Source: an uncultured Bacilli bacterium
Lineage (GTDB): Bacteria; Bacillota_I; Bacilli_A; RF39; UBA660
DNA length: 64,000 nucleotides
Reading direction: 5' to 3'
NCBI GenBank assembly: GCA_934119955.1
Contig: CAKOSZ010000005.1
Coordinates: 53,927-117,926 of the forward strand
Below, in pieces: positions 1 through 9,761 of the stretch. A program made the translations under genes and the position numbers. The notes under the pieces are model-generated. The model worked only from the letters and a program-made list of their open reading frames with translations, ran no database searches and was not told where the DNA came from. How positions within the stretch are numbered: the stretch's first letter is position 1; each line of letters opens with the position of its first letter.

Positions 1-1
1 A

Positions 2-487
2 CAAGATTTTCTTTTTAAAAAAGTTAGTTTAAATAAAATAATAAGTCAAGTTGCAATTAAAAATATTGATGATTTGCGTTTAAATAAAGTTAATTTAGAT
101 GTTTTAGTTAGTGATATAGTTATTACAACTGATCCTAAATGGTTAGAGTTTATTATTAATCAAATAGTAAATAATAGTATTAAGTATAAAAAGAAAAGTA
201 ACTCTTATATTAAAATTTATTCTAAGAATTATCAAGATAGGGTATCTTTGTTTATTGAAGATAATGGAATAGGTATTCCAAGAAAAGATTTAGGCAGTGT
301 TTTTAATAAATCATTTACTGGGGAAAATGGAAGAAATACAACGAAATCAACCGGAATGGGTTTATATATTGCTAAGAAGTTATGCATGAAATTAGGTCAT
401 AAAATTGAAATTAATTCTTGTGAAGGAGAAGGGACAACTTTAATAATAACGTTTAATCTTGATAATTTTTATCAAATAGAAAACTAA
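2..487 (+). CDS. Sensor histidine kinase, C-terminal HATPase part (5' end outside window); BceS-like by context
   Basis: Frame is open from the window edge. N box NNSIKY, G1 EDNGIGI and G2 GMGLYI are present. Lies directly upstream of a BceAB-type ABC pair. Confidence 0.8.
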   Translation, partial: QDFLFKKVSLNKIISQVAIKNIDDLRLNKVNLDVLVSDIVITTDPKWLEFIINQIVNNSIKYKKKSNSYIKIYSKNYQDRVSLFIEDNGIGIPRKDLGSVFNKSFTGENGRNTTKSTGMGLYIAKKLCMKLGHKIEINSCEGEGTTLIITFNLDNFYQIEN

Positions 488-572
488 TATTACAAATTTG
501 TAAGGTTTAGTAATATTAAACAAACGACAAGTTTAAATTAATATTATATGATATTGGCTGAAAGGAGTTAAT

Positions 573-1337
573 ATGGGAAATATTTTAAAAATAGAAAATA
601 TAGAAAAATATTATGGTAGTAAATCAAGTTTAACCAAAGCAATTGATAATATTAGTTTTTCAGTTAGTAAGGGTGAATTTGTTGCAATTATGGGGGCATC
701 AGGATCTGGGAAAACAACTCTTTTAAATTGTATTTCTACTATTGATAAAGTAACAAGTGGTCATATTTATGTAAATGATTTAGATATTACAAAGTTAAAG
801 GGGAATAAGCTTAATAAATTTAGAAGGGAAGAACTAGGTTTTATATTTCAAGATTTTAATTTACTTGATACTTTAACATCTTATGAAAATATTGCTTTAA
901 GTCTTGCTATTTTAAATACCAAATACAAAGAAATCGATGAAAGAATTAAAAAAGTTTCTAAGGAATTAAATATTACTAATGTTTTAAATAAGTATCCTTA
1001 TCAAATGTCAGGAGGAGAGAAACAAAGAGTAGCGTCAGCAAGAGCTATTATAACTAATCCTAAATTAGTTTTAGCCGATGAACCAACGGGAGCTTTGGAT
1101 TCTAAGTCATCTAAAATGTTACTTGAAAAGTTAAGTTATTTAAATAAAGAATATAATTCTACTATTTTAATGGTAACCCATGATGCTTTTACTGCTAGTT
1201 ATGCTAGTAGAGTAATATTTATTAAAGATGGAAAAATATTTAGTGAAATACATAAAGAAGGAACAAGAAAAGAGTTTTTTGATAAAATAATTGATGTTGT
1301 AACTATCCTTGGGGGAGATTTAAATGATGCTTTGTAA
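573..1337 (+). CDS. ABC transporter ATP-binding protein, BceA/MacB-like
   Basis: Walker A GASGSGKTT, signature SGGEKQR, Walker B LVLADEPTGALD, H-loop THD. RBS GGAG lies upstream. Confidence 0.9.
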   Translation: MGNILKIENIEKYYGSKSSLTKAIDNISFSVSKGEFVAIMGASGSGKTTLLNCISTIDKVTSGHIYVNDLDITKLKGNKLNKFRREELGFIFQDFNLLDTLTSYENIALSLAILNTKYKEIDERIKKVSKELNITNVLNKYPYQMSGGEKQRVASARAIITNPKLVLADEPTGALDSKSSKMLLEKLSYLNKEYNSTILMVTHDAFTASYASRVIFIKDGKIFSEIHKEGTRKEFFDKIIDVVTILGGDLNDAL

Positions 1338-3393
1338 ATTATCTTTAAAAAACATTAAAAAAAGTATTAAAGATTATGCAATTTACTTTTTTACCTTAGT
1401 TTTAGGAGTTTCAATTTTTTATGTTTTTAATGCTCTTGGAAGTCAAACTATTATGCTTGATGTTTCAAGTTCAACGAAGGAATTAATTGAACTTATGATA
1501 GAAGTATTATCTTATGTAAGTGTTTTTGTATCTTTTGTTTTAGGATTTTTAATTATATATGCTTCAAGATTTTTAATAAAAAGAAGAAATAAAGAATTTG
1601 GTATTTATTTAACTCTTGGTTTTTCTAAAAGAAAAATATCAATGATTTTATTCTTTGAAACCTTGTTTATTGGTCTTGTTTCCCTTGGAGTAGGTCTTTT
1701 ATTAGGGGTTATGTTATCTCAACTTATGAGTTTATTAGTTGCTAATATGTTTGAGGCTGATTTAACAAAGTTTACTTTTGTTTTTTCTAAAAGTGCTTGT
1801 CTTAAAACTATTATTTATTTTGGTATAATGTACTTGGTAGTTATGATTTTTAATACTATTAGTGTTAGTAAATGTAAGTTAATTGATTTATTAAATGATC
1901 ATAAAAAAAATGATGAAATAAAACTTAAAAATCCGATTGTAGCAACAATTATTTTTATTCTAGCAAGTATTGTCTTAGGATATGCTTATTATATGGTAAC
2001 AATTGATTTTGATAATTTAAGAAATATTAATATCTTAGTACCTATTTCAATGGGATGTATTTCAACTTTCTTTATTTTCTTTTCTATATCAGGATTAATT
2101 ATTAAAATTACTAAAAGTATGAAATCTTATTATTATAAAGGTTTAAATAGTTTTACTTTAAAACAATTTAGTAAAAAAATAAATACAACTGTTTTTGCAA
2201 CTACAATTATTTGTTTAATGTTATTTATTACAATTTGTTTGTTATCGGCTTGCCTTAGTTTAAAAAATTCTATGAATAATGAAGTAAAAGATTTAACTTT
2301 GGTTGATTTTTATTATGATATTCCTCTTAATTATGACATGGAATATGATTATTATAAATTATATGGCTATAATGACTTGCAAATTAAAAATACTAAGTAT
2401 AGTGTTCTTGAAATGTTTGATATTTTAGGATTTGATTTAAAAAAATATAGTAATGACTATATAGAATTTAATACTTATCAAACTGATGAATTGAACATGT
2501 GTATATCTCTTGGTTCAATTTGCATGGAAACTAGAACAAAGTATCCTTATTTATCATATGAAGCAAGGGAAAGAATCATTAGTTTAAGTGATTATAATAA
2601 AGTAGCAAGGTTATATAAAACTAAGGAATATTCTTTAAATGAAGACGAATATTTAATTGTTGCGGATTTTGAATCAATGATAAATATTCGTAATCAAGCA
2701 CTTAAAAATAAAACAAAAATTAAAGTATTTGATCATACTTTAAAACCTAAATATGATAAATGTATGGATGGTTTTCTTGAAATTTCTACTAATCATGTAA
2801 ATACAGGTATAATTGTTGTTCCAGATTCTGTTTTAGTAAACAAGGAACCTGCTAGAAATCATTTAATTGGAAACTATAATACCAAAAATAGAAATACTAT
2901 TAGAAAAATTGAGGAAGATATTAATAAATTAGATAATAGTCCTTTAAGAAAAGAATATTTATTTCCAAATGGTACAACTAAACTTGCTATTCAAGAATCA
3001 GTTGTTGGTTTATCAGCCTTGTTAACATTTATTGGCTTATACCTTGGAATTATCTTTTTAATTAGTAGTGCCGCTATTTTAGGTCTTAAAGAATTAAGTG
3101 AAAGTAGTGATAATAAACAAGTTTATAAAATGCTAAGAAAAATAGGAGTAGATGAAAGAGATATTAATAAAGCCTTATTTAAACAAATTTTAACATTCTT
3201 TATGCTTCCTTTAATTCTTGCAATTATTCATTCTGTTTTTGGACTTATTTTTAGTTTAAAAATTCTTGAAACTTTTGGTAATAAAGATTTATTATCATCA
3301 ATTATTATGACTTGTATATTTATAATTATTATTTATGGTGGTTATTTCTTGATTACCTATGTTTCAAGTAAAAATATTATCAAGGAGAATTAA
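1324..3393 (+). CDS. BceB-type ABC permease (FtsX-fold, large extracellular loop)
   Basis: 689 aa with many TM segments and a long hydrophilic loop (about aa 320-560) between TM blocks. Overlaps the ATPase gene by 14 nt. Confidence 0.8.
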   Translation: MMLCKLSLKNIKKSIKDYAIYFFTLVLGVSIFYVFNALGSQTIMLDVSSSTKELIELMIEVLSYVSVFVSFVLGFLIIYASRFLIKRRNKEFGIYLTLGFSKRKISMILFFETLFIGLVSLGVGLLLGVMLSQLMSLLVANMFEADLTKFTFVFSKSACLKTIIYFGIMYLVVMIFNTISVSKCKLIDLLNDHKKNDEIKLKNPIVATIIFILASIVLGYAYYMVTIDFDNLRNINILVPISMGCISTFFIFFSISGLIIKITKSMKSYYYKGLNSFTLKQFSKKINTTVFATTIICLMLFITICLLSACLSLKNSMNNEVKDLTLVDFYYDIPLNYDMEYDYYKLYGYNDLQIKNTKYSVLEMFDILGFDLKKYSNDYIEFNTYQTDELNMCISLGSICMETRTKYPYLSYEARERIISLSDYNKVARLYKTKEYSLNEDEYLIVADFESMINIRNQALKNKTKIKVFDHTLKPKYDKCMDGFLEISTNHVNTGIIVVPDSVLVNKEPARNHLIGNYNTKNRNTIRKIEEDINKLDNSPLRKEYLFPNGTTKLAIQESVVGLSALLTFIGLYLGIIFLISSAAILGLKELSESSDNKQVYKMLRKIGVDERDINKALFKQILTFFMLPLILAIIHSVFGLIFSLKILETFGNKDLLSSIIMTCIFIIIIYGGYFLITYVSSKNIIKEN

Positions 3394-4470
3394 ATGTATA
3401 CTTTACCAATTAAGTATGCTTTAATTTTCTTTCCATTTATAGCATTTTTAATAACTATTCCTTATATGATATATGAATATCATAAGTATGGATCAATTAG
3501 TAAGCTTAGAACATTTATAATTTATTCCTTCCTTCTTTATTTAATGGTAATTTATTTTTTAGTTATTTTACCACTTCCAACTAGGGAATATGTAAGTAGT
3601 TTAAAAACACCTTGGTTTAATTTAATACCTTTTAAATTTATTTATGATTTCTTTAAAGAAACAAGTTTAAATTTAAAACTTCCGCAAACTTATTTAAAAT
3701 GTTTAACTGAACCATGCTTCTATGTTGTTGTGTTTAATATTTTTATGACTATTCCTTTTGGCATGTATTTAAGATATTATTTTAAATGTAGTTTCAAGAA
3801 GACTTTACTTTTAACTTTTTTCTTATCTTTGTTCTTTGAAATAACTCAGTTAACAGGCTTATATTTTATCTATGAAAGACCATATAGATTGGCTGATGTT
3901 GATGATTTAATTTTAAATACCATAGGAGGGATATTTGGTTATTTACTTGCTATTATATTAATTAAGATTTTACCTTCCAGGGATAAAATAGATGATATTT
4001 CTTTTAAAAAAGGAGAAGTAGTTTTACCAATAAGAAGATTAATTATGTTCTTTCTTGATTTAGGAATAACTCTAAGTACTATTATTATTCTTGAAAACTT
4101 TATTAAGTTTAAATATTTAAATTTAATAATAATAACTATTTATTATATCCTTATTCCTTTTATAACTAAGGGTTATACTATTGGATCAAGTCTTGTGAAA
4201 GTAAAATTTCAGTTTACTAATAATTTATTACTTGGTTTAATTACAAGAACTATATTTTACTTTCTTTATTTAAATTTAATATTTATTTTATTTAAATTAG
4301 TTAGTCTTTTTTCAATTGATTTTTATTTATTAATTATAATTAAAATATATATTTTAGTAAAAGTATTAGAATTTTATTTAATTAATTTTATTATTTTATT
4401 TAAAAATAAAACTATTTATTATGATAACTTAATTAAAATTAAATATTTAAGTACTATTAAAATTAAATAA
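3394..4470 (+). CDS. VanZ-like membrane protein with C-terminal RDD-like TM extension
   Basis: The ATG directly abuts the stop of the permease gene. The polytopic N-terminal half resembles VanZ (ADVDDLILNTIGG). The C-terminal half is hydrophobic (RRLIMFFLDLGI). Confidence 0.6.
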   Translation: MYTLPIKYALIFFPFIAFLITIPYMIYEYHKYGSISKLRTFIIYSFLLYLMVIYFLVILPLPTREYVSSLKTPWFNLIPFKFIYDFFKETSLNLKLPQTYLKCLTEPCFYVVVFNIFMTIPFGMYLRYYFKCSFKKTLLLTFFLSLFFEITQLTGLYFIYERPYRLADVDDLILNTIGGIFGYLLAIILIKILPSRDKIDDISFKKGEVVLPIRRLIMFFLDLGITLSTIIILENFIKFKYLNLIIITIYYILIPFITKGYTIGSSLVKVKFQFTNNLLLGLITRTIFYFLYLNLIFILFKLVSLFSIDFYLLIIIKIYILVKVLEFYLINFIILFKNKTIYYDNLIKIKYLSTIKIK

Positions 4471-4677
4471 CTTTTAGTATTAAAAAAACACTAAGACATA
4501 TTATTAATTGGTTATTTATGTAATTATAAAATTGATGATTGCTTATTTAATTTATTTTCTATGAAAACTTCTAATTAATTTTATAAGTTTGAAACTTTCT
4601 ACTATACATACTTTACAGATTTACTAGATTTATTTTTAAATTTGGAATATAATTTTTATATGAGTAAAGGAGAGAAA

Positions 4678-5106
4678 ATGAGTAAGATAACTGATAATAT
4701 ATATGATATTGAAGATATTTTTGTTGTTAAAATAAAAGATGATTATAAAACAATTAAAACAAATGATGGATACACCCAACAATTTAATCCTAATTTTTGT
4801 CATTTTGTTGAAAGGTTTTTACTTGAAACAAGAGATGGTCTTGGAATTGAAATAGAAACATTTAGTGAGTGTTTTACAGGTGAGACTATTTCTTGTCGAG
4901 AAAATATTAAAAAGGATAGTAATATTCCTAAAATGTTTGAATTCATGTATCCACTTCCAACAAGTTATTTAACCAAAGAAGAACTTGAAAGTGGGAAAAT
5001 AAGAACACGTCGCCTATATCAAATTTTTCAATTAGTAAATTATGAAAGATTTAAACAAGAAGAATTAGAAAATAATAAGATTAAAAAGATAGGTAGTAAG
5101 AAATGA
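4678..5106 (+). CDS. Hypothetical protein
   Basis: ORF with RBS AGGAGAG 5 nt before the ATG at 4678. Its stop overlaps the next start (ATGA). Confidence 0.6.
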   Translation: MSKITDNIYDIEDIFVVKIKDDYKTIKTNDGYTQQFNPNFCHFVERFLLETRDGLGIEIETFSECFTGETISCRENIKKDSNIPKMFEFMYPLPTSYLTKEELESGKIRTRRLYQIFQLVNYERFKQEELENNKIKKIGSKK

Positions 5107-5576
5107 AAGAAATAGTTGCATATTTAACTAAAATGAATAAAACTATTAGTACTATGGAGTCAGCAACAGGGGGATACTTAGCATCTAGTATTACTAATAT
5201 TGATGGTTCTAGTTTGGTTTTTAAATTTGGAGCAGTTACATATAGTAATGAATTTAAAATTAAAATGGGAGTAGATGAAAAAGTAATTGATAAATACTCT
5301 GTTTATAGTATAGAAACCAGTCATGAAATGAGTAAAAAGATAACTGAATTTACAGGTTCTAATTATGGAGTAGGAGTAACAGGAAAAATTAATAGAGTTG
5401 ATCCCTTTAATAACTTTGGTGATGATTCTACTATATTTTTGAGTATTTATGATAAGGAGAAAGATATTTATTTAGATAGTACTATTAAGGCAGTTAAAGA
5501 AACAAGACTTGAAAATAAAGAATTAGTTTTAGAAGAATTTATTAAATTATTTAAGAGTATAATAAAAGAAAGTTAA
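5103..5576 (+). CDS. CinA C-terminal domain / nicotinamide-nucleotide amidohydrolase (PncC-like)
   Basis: Motif ESATGGYLASSIT...GAVTYSNEFK is typical of the CinA C-terminal domain. Confidence 0.75.
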   Translation: MKEIVAYLTKMNKTISTMESATGGYLASSITNIDGSSLVFKFGAVTYSNEFKIKMGVDEKVIDKYSVYSIETSHEMSKKITEFTGSNYGVGVTGKINRVDPFNNFGDDSTIFLSIYDKEKDIYLDSTIKAVKETRLENKELVLEEFIKLFKSIIKES

Positions 5577-6070
5577 TTTTGACTTTCTTTTTCTAAATAA
5601 CGTTTTTTTCCATCTTCAATTATTTTCATAGCCTCATCAATTCCATGGTAATCAAAGACTTCTACTTTAATATGTTGAAGTAATTTGTAATTTTCAAAGA
5701 AGTTTTTAATTTCAAGTAAAGAGTGTTTTGGAAGTTCTTCCAAAGAATTATAAAAATTACAACGAGGATCAACATTGCTAACAGCAATTATTTTAGGATC
5801 AGGGTATCCATTATCAATTGTGTCTAAATATCCAAGAACTTTGGCTTCTACAATACAACCTGGAAAAGTTGCTTCACTAGTAATTACTAAAATATCAACA
5901 GGATCTCCGTCATTTGCAAGTGTATCATCAATAAAACCATATTCACTAGGATAAGTCATAGATGAATATTGGACTCTAGAAAGTCTAATTTTACCTAGTT
6001 TTTTATCAATTTCATATTTGTTTTTGGTTCCAAGTGGAATTTCAATTATACTATCAATTATATTATTCAT
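5573..6070 (-). CDS. ppa: Inorganic pyrophosphatase, family I
   Basis: KNKYEID...YPSEYGFI..T...DGDPVDILV motifs. Start moved to the ATG at 6070 behind a GGGTGA RBS. Confidence 0.9.
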   Translation of the reverse strand: MNNIIDSIIEIPLGTKNKYEIDKKLGKIRLSRVQYSSMTYPSEYGFIDDTLANDGDPVDILVITSEATFPGCIVEAKVLGYLDTIDNGYPDPKIIAVSNVDPRCNFYNSLEELPKHSLLEIKNFFENYKLLQHIKVEVFDYHGIDEAMKIIEDGKKRYLEKESQN

Positions 6071-6121
6071 TTTATCACCCAACTTAATAATACCAAAATA
6101 TTACTTTTTTTGGAATATAAA

Positions 6122-6150
6122 TTGACATTTTTTTTTAGAAATGCTATTAT
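6122..6150 (+). promoter_or_regulatory. Sigma-A type promoter for lysS
   Basis: TTGACA, 17-nt spacer, TGcTATTAT (extended -10). Confidence 0.6.
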
Positions 6151-6176
6151 TTAATTAAATTTATGTGGAGGTTTAT

Positions 6177-7649
6177 ATGAGAGAATTTACAGAACAAGAA
6201 TTAGTAAGAAGAGGAAAAGTAGAAGAAATAAAAGAATTTTGTAATCCTTATCCTGAAAGATATGAAACAAACTATTCTTTAAAAGAAGCAAGTAATTTAG
6301 AAGATGGAACCAAAGATGTCAAAGTTGCTGGTCGTATTGTTTTTATGCGTAAAATGGGAAAACTTAGTTTTTTAAAGATAAGAGATATTGAAGGAGATTT
6401 ACAAGTTTCAATTAAAATAGATTTAGTTGGGGAAGAAAAATATAAATTCTTTAAAACTATGGTTGATTTAGGAGACTTTATTGGAGTAGTTGGAGAAATG
6501 TTTACTACACAAACTGGGGAAAAGACTTTAAGAGCAGATGATTTCACTTTCCTTGGTAAAGCCTTAAAACCACTTCCTGAAAAGTTTCATGGGGTAACTG
6601 ATCCTGAAATATGTTATAGAAATCGTTATCTTGATTTAATTATGAATGAAAGTACAAGAAAAAGATTTTTATTAAAATATGAATTCATTAAAGAAATTAG
6701 AAGATTTTTAGAAGATGATGGTTATATAGAAATTGAAACTCCTGTTTTATCAAATAAAGCAAGTGGGGCTAGCGCAAGACCATTTACTGCTCATCATAAT
6801 GCTCTTGATATTGATGTTTATTTAAGAATTGCTCCTGAAACATATTTAAAAAGAGCCGTTGTTGGTGGATTTACTAAGGTATTTGAATTTGCAAGATGTT
6901 TTAGAAATGAAGGAATAGATGCAACTCATTTACAAGACTTTACTATGCTTGAATGTTATGCTGCTTACTATAATTATAAAGATAATATGATTTTACTTGA
7001 AAATATGTTAAAAACTGTAATTGAAAAAGTATTTGGTACATTACAAGTAACTATAAATGATAAAGTTATAGATTTATCTAAAAAATGGGAAACAGTATCC
7101 TTCCGTGATTTAATTATGAAATATGCAGATATTGATATTAAGAAGTTTAATACCAAAGAAACTTTACTAGATGAAATTAAAAATAAAAAAATTGATTTAC
7201 AAACAGAAGACGATATTGAAAATCTTGGTTATGGTAATTTAGTAGATGCTTTATATAAAAAGGTTGCAAGACCTTACTTAATTGAACCAACTTTCTTAGT
7301 TGAACATCCAATTTCTTTATCACCGCTTGCAAGAGCAAATGATGAAGATAAAACTTTAACTGATAGATTCCAATTAGTAATTAATGGAGCTGAAATTATC
7401 AATGCTTATTCGGAACTTGTTGATCCAATTGATCAAGAAGCAAGACTTCTACACCAAGCATCATTAAAGGCTGGGGGAGATGAAGAAGCCATGATGATGG
7501 ATTATGATTATATAAACGCAATGGAATATGGTATGCCTCCAATTTCAGGTTGGGGTATGGGAATTGACCGAGTACTTCAAGTATTAACTGGTGTTGATAA
7601 TATTAAAGATAATATTTTATTTCCATTAATGAGGCCAGAAGATAAATAA
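6177..7649 (+). CDS. lysS: Lysine--tRNA ligase, class II
   Basis: OB-fold N-terminus, RYLDLI, class II motifs (FRNEG, GxGxGIDR). RBS GGAGG precedes the ATG at 6177. Confidence 0.95.
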   Translation: MREFTEQELVRRGKVEEIKEFCNPYPERYETNYSLKEASNLEDGTKDVKVAGRIVFMRKMGKLSFLKIRDIEGDLQVSIKIDLVGEEKYKFFKTMVDLGDFIGVVGEMFTTQTGEKTLRADDFTFLGKALKPLPEKFHGVTDPEICYRNRYLDLIMNESTRKRFLLKYEFIKEIRRFLEDDGYIEIETPVLSNKASGASARPFTAHHNALDIDVYLRIAPETYLKRAVVGGFTKVFEFARCFRNEGIDATHLQDFTMLECYAAYYNYKDNMILLENMLKTVIEKVFGTLQVTINDKVIDLSKKWETVSFRDLIMKYADIDIKKFNTKETLLDEIKNKKIDLQTEDDIENLGYGNLVDALYKKVARPYLIEPTFLVEHPISLSPLARANDEDKTLTDRFQLVINGAEIINAYSELVDPIDQEARLLHQASLKAGGDEEAMMMDYDYINAMEYGMPPISGWGMGIDRVLQVLTGVDNIKDNILFPLMRPEDK

Positions 7650-7660
7650 AAATAAAAAAA

Positions 7661-7689
7661 TAATTTAGGAAAATCTAAGTTATTTTTTT
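7661..7689 (+). terminator. Rho-independent terminator between convergent lysS and sspI
   Basis: Hairpin TAATTTAG/CTAAGTTA followed by a T run. Confidence 0.55.
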
Positions 7690-7720
7690 GATTTAAATAA
7701 AACTTATAAATTTTAAAGCC

Positions 7721-7942
7721 TTAATTGGCTTTTTTTTGAAATCTATTTTTTAAAGTAATTAATATTTTTTTCTTTTCTTCATCATCTGCATCTTGCCAGA
7801 TTATTTCAAAAAATACTCCCATACCAGGTAAAGTTACTTCATCACCTTCATTTATACTTTCACAAATTGCTTTTTTAATAGTTTCTTCGTCATCATTTTT
7901 AAAGTTATTAATAATATAATCTCTTATTTTAAAATCATCCAT
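7721..7942 (-). CDS. sspI: Small acid-soluble spore protein SspI family
   Basis: 73 aa. LPGMGVFFEIIWQ matches the recalled B. subtilis SspI core LPGLGVLFEVIWQ. Confidence 0.75.
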   Translation of the reverse strand: MDDFKIRDYIINNFKNDDEETIKKAICESINEGDEVTLPGMGVFFEIIWQDADDEEKKKILITLKNRFQKKAN

Positions 7943-8019
7943 ATTTTTATCCTTTCACATATATTATGGTATTTTTTACATGATTTATGTAAATATTTTA
8001 GTTAAATTACTTTATTTTA

Positions 8020-8048
8020 TTTACAAAATGGCTATTTTTTACTATAAT
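8020..8048 (+). promoter_or_regulatory. dcw-cluster promoter (P-mraZ)
   Basis: TTTACA, 17-nt spacer, TATAAT. Confidence 0.6.
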
Positions 8049-8069
8049 TATCTTGAAGTTAGGCATTTT

Positions 8070-8085
8070 GTGGGGAAAAGTGGTG
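8070..8085 (+). promoter_or_regulatory. Putative MraZ operator repeats
   Basis: GTGGGG and GTGGTG lie 10 nt apart between the -10 element and the mraZ start. MraZ is known to bind GTGG-type direct repeats in its own promoter. Confidence 0.45.
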
Positions 8086-8092
8086 ATTTTTT

Positions 8093-8521
8093 ATGTTAAT
8101 GGGAGAATATCATTACAACTTAGATTTAAAAGGAAGAATTGTTATTCCAAGTAAATTAAGAGAAGTTCTAGGAGATAAAGTAATTTTGACAAGAGGACTT
8201 GATAATAGTTTATTTTTATATTCATTATCTACTTGGGCAGTTTTAATTTCTAAACTTGATTCTTTATCATTTACAGAAAAAGATAACCGAAACTTCATAA
8301 GATTTTTACTATCAGGTGCCTTGACTTTGGAATTTGATAAACAAGGACGTATAATTATACCTAGTTATTTACAAGAATTTGCTAATTTAAAAAAAGAAGT
8401 TGTTATAATAGGTGCTCTAAATCGAGTTGAAATTTGGTCAAATGAATCTTGGAATAATTTTATGTCTAATAACTTTAATAGTTTATCAAAGATTTCTTGT
8501 GATTTATTTAGTTCAAATTAG
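8093..8521 (+). CDS. mraZ: Transcriptional regulator MraZ
   Basis: MLMGEYHYNLDLKGRIVIP, with a second SpoVT-AbrB repeat DKQGRIIIP. Confidence 0.95.
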   Translation: MLMGEYHYNLDLKGRIVIPSKLREVLGDKVILTRGLDNSLFLYSLSTWAVLISKLDSLSFTEKDNRNFIRFLLSGALTLEFDKQGRIIIPSYLQEFANLKKEVVIIGALNRVEIWSNESWNNFMSNNFNSLSKISCDLFSSN

Positions 8522-8530
8522 GAGGTATTT

Positions 8531-9454
8531 ATGCATTATAGTGTTATGTTAAAAGAAGTTATTGAAAGCCTTAATTTGAAAGATTCGGGTACATATGTTG
8601 ATGCAACTTTGGGGTATGCTGGACATACCAGTGAAATTTTAAAGCGAGTAAAAAGGGGTTTTATATTCGCCTTTGATCAAGATATTAATGCTATTAATTA
8701 TAGTCAAGAAAAACTAAATAAAATAGGATCTAATTTTTTGATTATTAAAAGTAATTTTTTGTATATGAAAGAAGAACTTATTAAACAAGGAGTTTATCAA
8801 GTTGATGGAATAGTATTTGATCTTGGGGTGTCATCTCCTCAGTTAGATACTAAGGAAAGAGGATTTAGTTATCATGCTGATAGTAGACTTGATATGAGAA
8901 TGGATTTAGATAATCCCTTATCTGCTTATGAAGTCGTAAATGAATATTCTATGAAAGATTTAACAAGAATAATTTCTAAATACGGAGAAGAAAAACATGC
9001 TGCATCTATTGCTAAAAATATTGTTTCAAAAAGAAAAATAAAACCAATTGAAACAACCTTAGAATTAGTTGAGATAATTAGGTCAAGTATGCCTTATAAA
9101 GATACTATTAATAAGCACCCTGCTAAAAAAACATTTCAAGCCATTCGTATTGAAGTTAACCATGAATTAGATATTTTAGAAAGTAGTTTACAAAAAGCTT
9201 TATCAATTTTAAATATAGGAGGAAGAATAGCAGTTATTTCTTTTCATTCCTTAGAAGATAGAATTGTTAAAAATGTATTCAAAGAAGCAGCAAGTGTTGA
9301 TCCAGTAGTTGCTAAGTTGCCAAGTATACCAGATATGTATTTACCAAAATTTAAATTAGTTACGGAAAAAGTTATTTTACCAAGTAAGAAAGAATTAAAT
9401 GAAAACCAAAGAAGCCATTCTAGTAAACTAAGAGTAATTGAAAGGATAAGATAA
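8531..9454 (+). CDS. rsmH: 16S rRNA (cytosine1402-N4)-methyltransferase
   Basis: HYSVML...DATLGYAGH...DLGVSSPQLD...RGFSY motifs. Position after mraZ. Confidence 0.95.
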   Translation: MHYSVMLKEVIESLNLKDSGTYVDATLGYAGHTSEILKRVKRGFIFAFDQDINAINYSQEKLNKIGSNFLIIKSNFLYMKEELIKQGVYQVDGIVFDLGVSSPQLDTKERGFSYHADSRLDMRMDLDNPLSAYEVVNEYSMKDLTRIISKYGEEKHAASIAKNIVSKRKIKPIETTLELVEIIRSSMPYKDTINKHPAKKTFQAIRIEVNHELDILESSLQKALSILNIGGRIAVISFHSLEDRIVKNVFKEAASVDPVVAKLPSIPDMYLPKFKLVTEKVILPSKKELNENQRSHSSKLRVIERIR

Positions 9455-9456
9455 AC

Positions 9457-9744
9457 GTGAAAAAGAAAAAGAAAATTAAAATTTCTAAGTTTGAAAAGTT
9501 TTTATATACTTTGGCTATTCTTTTAATAATATCTTCTCCGGTTGTAATTGTTTTTACAAAGTCAACTTTGGCTGAAATTAATTATGAAGTTGAAAAAATG
9601 AAAAAAGAAATTAAAAGTCAAGAAAAAGAAAATGAAAGTTTAGAAATGAAAATAAATGAATTAACTAGTCTTGAAAATATTCAAAAAGTTATAAAAGATG
9701 AAGGATTAGTTTATGATAATGATAAGATTAAAAATATAGATTAA
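9457..9744 (+). CDS. ftsL: Cell division protein FtsL (GTG start)
   Basis: 95 aa: basic N-terminus, one TM, coiled coil. Canonical position between rsmH and pbpB. Confidence 0.7.
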   Translation: MKKKKKIKISKFEKFLYTLAILLIISSPVVIVFTKSTLAEINYEVEKMKKEIKSQEKENESLEMKINELTSLENIQKVIKDEGLVYDNDKIKNID

Positions 9745-9761
9745 AATATTTAGGAGGCAAT

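Noticed and set aside
6272-7156. Minus-strand ORFs 6272-6547 and 6974-7156 inside lysS
   Set aside because: They are fully antisense to a strongly supported lysS frame. They have no RBS and a low-complexity Ser/Leu/Ile/Lys composition typical of antisense reading of AT-rich genes.
8113-8298. Minus-strand ORF inside mraZ
   Set aside because: It is antisense to the conserved mraZ frame and carries no independent signals.
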